Notes under the pieces: model-generated
Seen by the model: the letters and a program-made list of their open reading frames with translations, nothing else
Told to the model about the DNA's origin: nothing
Databases searched by the model: none
NCBI GenBank assembly: GCA_963708025.1
Contig: CAVPSB010000044.1
Coordinates: forward strand, 32,001 to 96,000
Direction: 5' to 3'
DNA from: an uncultured Candidatus Rokubacteria bacterium
Lineage (GTDB): Bacteria; Methylomirabilota; Methylomirabilia; Rokubacteriales; DASRDR01
Length of the DNA stretch: 64,000 nucleotides
Position numbers and translations under genes: made by a program
Part shown: positions 62,101 through 64,000 of the stretch, piece after piece
Layout: the number at the start of each line of letters is the position of its first letter
How positions within the stretch are numbered: position 1 is the stretch's first letter

Positions 62101-62699
62101 TGTCGCTTGACCTCGTCCATCACGTCCCGCACCCGGAGGAGGTTCTGACGCGTGGCCTCGAGCTTGGCGACCGTCTCGGCTCGCTGCTGCTTGTAGCGGG
62201 TGATCCCGGCCGCTTCCTCGATGAAGATCCGGCGGTCGAGTGGGCGCGCCGTCAGGATGTGGGCGAGCCGCTCCTGTTCCATGAGCGCGTAGGCCCTGGG
62301 GTTGACGCCGGTCCCCATGAACAGGTCGTGGACGTCCTTGAGGCGACACACCGTCTTGTTGAGCAGGTACTCCGACTCGCCGTCCCGGTAGAGGCGCCGG
62401 CCGACGGCGACCTCGCTCCACGGCACCGCCACGTCGCCGTCATTGGAGAAGGTCAGGAGCGCCTCGGCGAACCCGAGCGGGCGCCGGGAGGTCGAGCCGT
62501 GGAAGATGACGTCTTCCATCCGGTGGCCGCGCAGGGTCTTCGGGCTCTGCTCGCCGAGGGCCCACCGGAGGGCGTCCGCGATGTTGGTCTTCCCGCAGCC
62601 GTTGGGGCCGACGATGGCGGTGATACCGGGAAGGATCTTCACATCCGTCCGGTCGGCGAACGACTTGAAGCCGAACAACGTCACCGACGTGAGCCGCAT
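59148..62699 (-). CDS. smc: Chromosome segregation protein SMC
   Basis: GFKSF, GPNGCGKTN, coiled coils, hinge (ATFLPL, VTVEGE), LSGGEKAL, LLDEVDAPLD, ITHN. Confidence 0.98.
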   Translation of the reverse strand: MRLTSVTLFGFKSFADRTDVKILPGITAIVGPNGCGKTNIADALRWALGEQSPKTLRGHRMEDVIFHGSTSRRPLGFAEALLTFSNDGDVAVPWSEVAVGRRLYRDGESEYLLNKTVCRLKDVHDLFMGTGVNPRAYALMEQERLAHILTARPLDRRIFIEEAAGITRYKQQRAETVAKLEATRQNLLRVRDVMDEVKRQLASLERQARKAKQYKALQAERRALELALLAVEYAALVAEEASLAEREAAATDRAAQLETRAATVGAEQEVVRAEAMAAEHRASDLRHARERAELELETALTRAVQLRQAQQEVTAELAQLAAEAAALAGRLTALGGERDAKRTLAAALREEFGAVQAGAAAEETAIEAIRGRLRQAREEAERLRRDQVGLAGRRTELGQALGGREERREELGRRLARLATEQQGAEAERERLAAARVAAETRLAVAAARAAELHAALDDLAARSETAGAERAKAAGAAEECRVTLASRRSSLAALEELEAQRAGYGRGVQTVFAAAGEARLAGIVGTVADLLDVPRDLERAAEAALGDRLQWVVVDTVATAKQALAMLRDGGADGGGQATFLPLDWLNGGPKVHVPEDDGVVGVAPGLIGSPYPALLQNLLGAVVVVRDLGAAERLWSQNGNGTSYVTVEGELVSPPGAVGGGRATGAGDASLLARKRAIRDLRAMVTGLEARLAAALERLQAAEAALAALGVEQKRVAGERETADVDRLGAAKDLERVGQDAERGELFARTLGIEASQLTAEVAEVEGQLRDQREELAGIEAAARASEAEVARLLTAIETDAAAETERAQAFLQAQVDLAGLAGRIDAAESELERLGADEADTRARIATGESRARGLGERARESAAEHVRLEARAAELVRVRDEAQAAAQLAADELQTLTERLRALGEEARATETELSRVTQSLRELTVRAAEVRVRRQDVEADARRQFEVTPDGLRAAHEPERDVAATRARIDELTAKITGLEPVNLIADDEYRELDERLTFLRAQHDDLTASMKDLDRALRGMTRTAQERFAAAFEAINRNFQELFGRLFEGGRAELRMVEAPEDGDPLETGIDMVAQPRGKRLQSISLLSGGEKALTGLALLFAIFYYRPSPFCLLDEVDAPLDDANIHRFTRVLRELSGQTQFLVITHNRKTMEAADVLYGVTMEEPGLSRLVSVSLA

Positions 62700-62836
62700 G
62701 ACCCTGAAGTCTTAGTAGCACAGGGCCCGGGGTTCGCCAAGAAAAAAATACCATGCGTGGTCCCGGGACGGTCTCCCGGGCCCCAGATGTAGATGTTGCG
62801 TCCGGCGCCGGCCCAGGTCCCTCGCGGACCCCCAAC

Positions 62837-63631
62837 CTACCAGTCCGCGAGGCCAGCGAGCACAGCGACGGCGTTGACCACCGCATGGCCCACCATCGCC
62901 GGGGCCAGCGAGCCGCTCCACTCCACGACGATGGCGAGGACGATCCCGACCGGCAGGATGGGGAGCCAGGCGCCGGGGTCGAGGCCGTGGACCAGCGCGA
63001 AGATCAGTGCGCTGCCGCCGATGGCGACCCCGACACCGAGTCGCGCCCGGAGCAGGCGGTAGGCGAAACCCCTGAAGAAGATCTCCTCGCCGATGGCGAC
63101 CGGGAGGGTCACCGCGACCAGGACGAGCAGCACCTCCCGGACGCCGTCGGCCCGGGCCAGGACCGATTCGACCGGATGGGGCGGAACCGGTGCCCCCGCC
63201 TGCTCGATGGCGGCGCTCACGAGCCACGCGAGGACGGCGGCGGCCAGACCGGCCCCGGCGCCGATCGGGTACCAGCGCGGAGGGACGGGGCGGATGCCGA
63301 GGCCCGCCCATGAGCCGGGAAACCGGAGGCGGCCGAACAGCAGGGCGACGCCGATCAGGATGCCGTCGTCCAGCGTCTGAAGCCGGAGGAAGGCCCACGG
63401 ATCGCTCTCGGCCCGGTCGAGGATCTCGACGTCGGTCAGGTAGACGAGCCAGAGCATCCCGGCGTAGAGGGCGCCGGCGGCCGCGAGATACCAGAGGCTC
63501 GGCTCGAGGCCGTCGAAGGACGGCGCCGCCAGCGGCGCGCGTGCGGGCTCGGGAACGGGCTTGGTTAGCCCGGGAGGCTCCGGCGCGTCACCCGGCGGCA
63601 GCGCGTCGGTCTCGTCGTCGGGCACGGGCAT
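62837..63631 (-). CDS. CPBP (Abi/CAAX) family intramembrane metalloprotease
   Basis: EEIFFRG, FALVH, HAVVN, multiple TMs. Confidence 0.92.
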   Translation of the reverse strand: MPVPDDETDALPPGDAPEPPGLTKPVPEPARAPLAAPSFDGLEPSLWYLAAAGALYAGMLWLVYLTDVEILDRAESDPWAFLRLQTLDDGILIGVALLFGRLRFPGSWAGLGIRPVPPRWYPIGAGAGLAAAVLAWLVSAAIEQAGAPVPPHPVESVLARADGVREVLLVLVAVTLPVAIGEEIFFRGFAYRLLRARLGVGVAIGGSALIFALVHGLDPGAWLPILPVGIVLAIVVEWSGSLAPAMVGHAVVNAVAVLAGLADW

Positions 63632-63644
63632 TCGCCCGGGCTAC

Positions 63645-64000
<356 letters not shown>

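Noticed and set aside
59241..62792. Long plus-strand ORFs (this 1183-aa one, also 6869-9637, 11997-13751, 42902-44644 and others)
   Set aside because: These are antisense shadows of real minus-strand genes caused by GC-biased codon usage, with no recognisable motifs.

Overview
Very GC-rich bacterial chromosomal segment. All ~58 genes I can support lie on the minus strand and form a dense housekeeping and envelope cluster. In reading order (high to low coordinates): secA(3' end)-CPBP protease-smc-rodZ-ftsY-ribD-ribE-ribBA-ribH-nusB-metallophosphoesterase-lnt-prfB(+1 frameshift)-lysS-lolC/E-lolD-clpC-bamA-skp-lpxD-lpxA-gnnA-like-lpxI-lpxB-DUF374-waaA-lpxK-waaF-GT4-receiver-rfaE1-rfaE2-waaC-like-epimerase-GT2-kdsB-trpS-scpA-scpB-rluB-pheA-hisC-tyrA-aroA-cmk-plsC-rpsA-sppA-ihfB/HU-HIT-mutS-mutL-miaA-hflX-CsgG-like-pgsA-like-DUF512(5' part). 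The organism is a diderm LPS producer. Gene order and repeat style suggest Methylomirabilota/Ca. Rokubacteria, which is inference only. I found no rRNA, tRNA, CRISPR array, transposase, phage or defence gene, and no convincing novel protein system. The unexplained structure is non-coding. At least three families of intergenic palindromic elements sit at stop/start junctions. One family carries a Shine-Dalgarno plus start-codon end, and an 18-bp GNA-loop mini-hairpin is nested inside all three families. Other oddities are a 110-bp tandem array between scpA and scpB, a 63-bp tandem repeat extending the MutS N-terminus, and four single-base anomalies (bamA frameshift, in-frame TGA in rfaE2, ACG start for ribH, GTA start for the phosphoesterase). 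These anomalies may be sequence errors. All calls are from motif recognition by eye; no searches were run.
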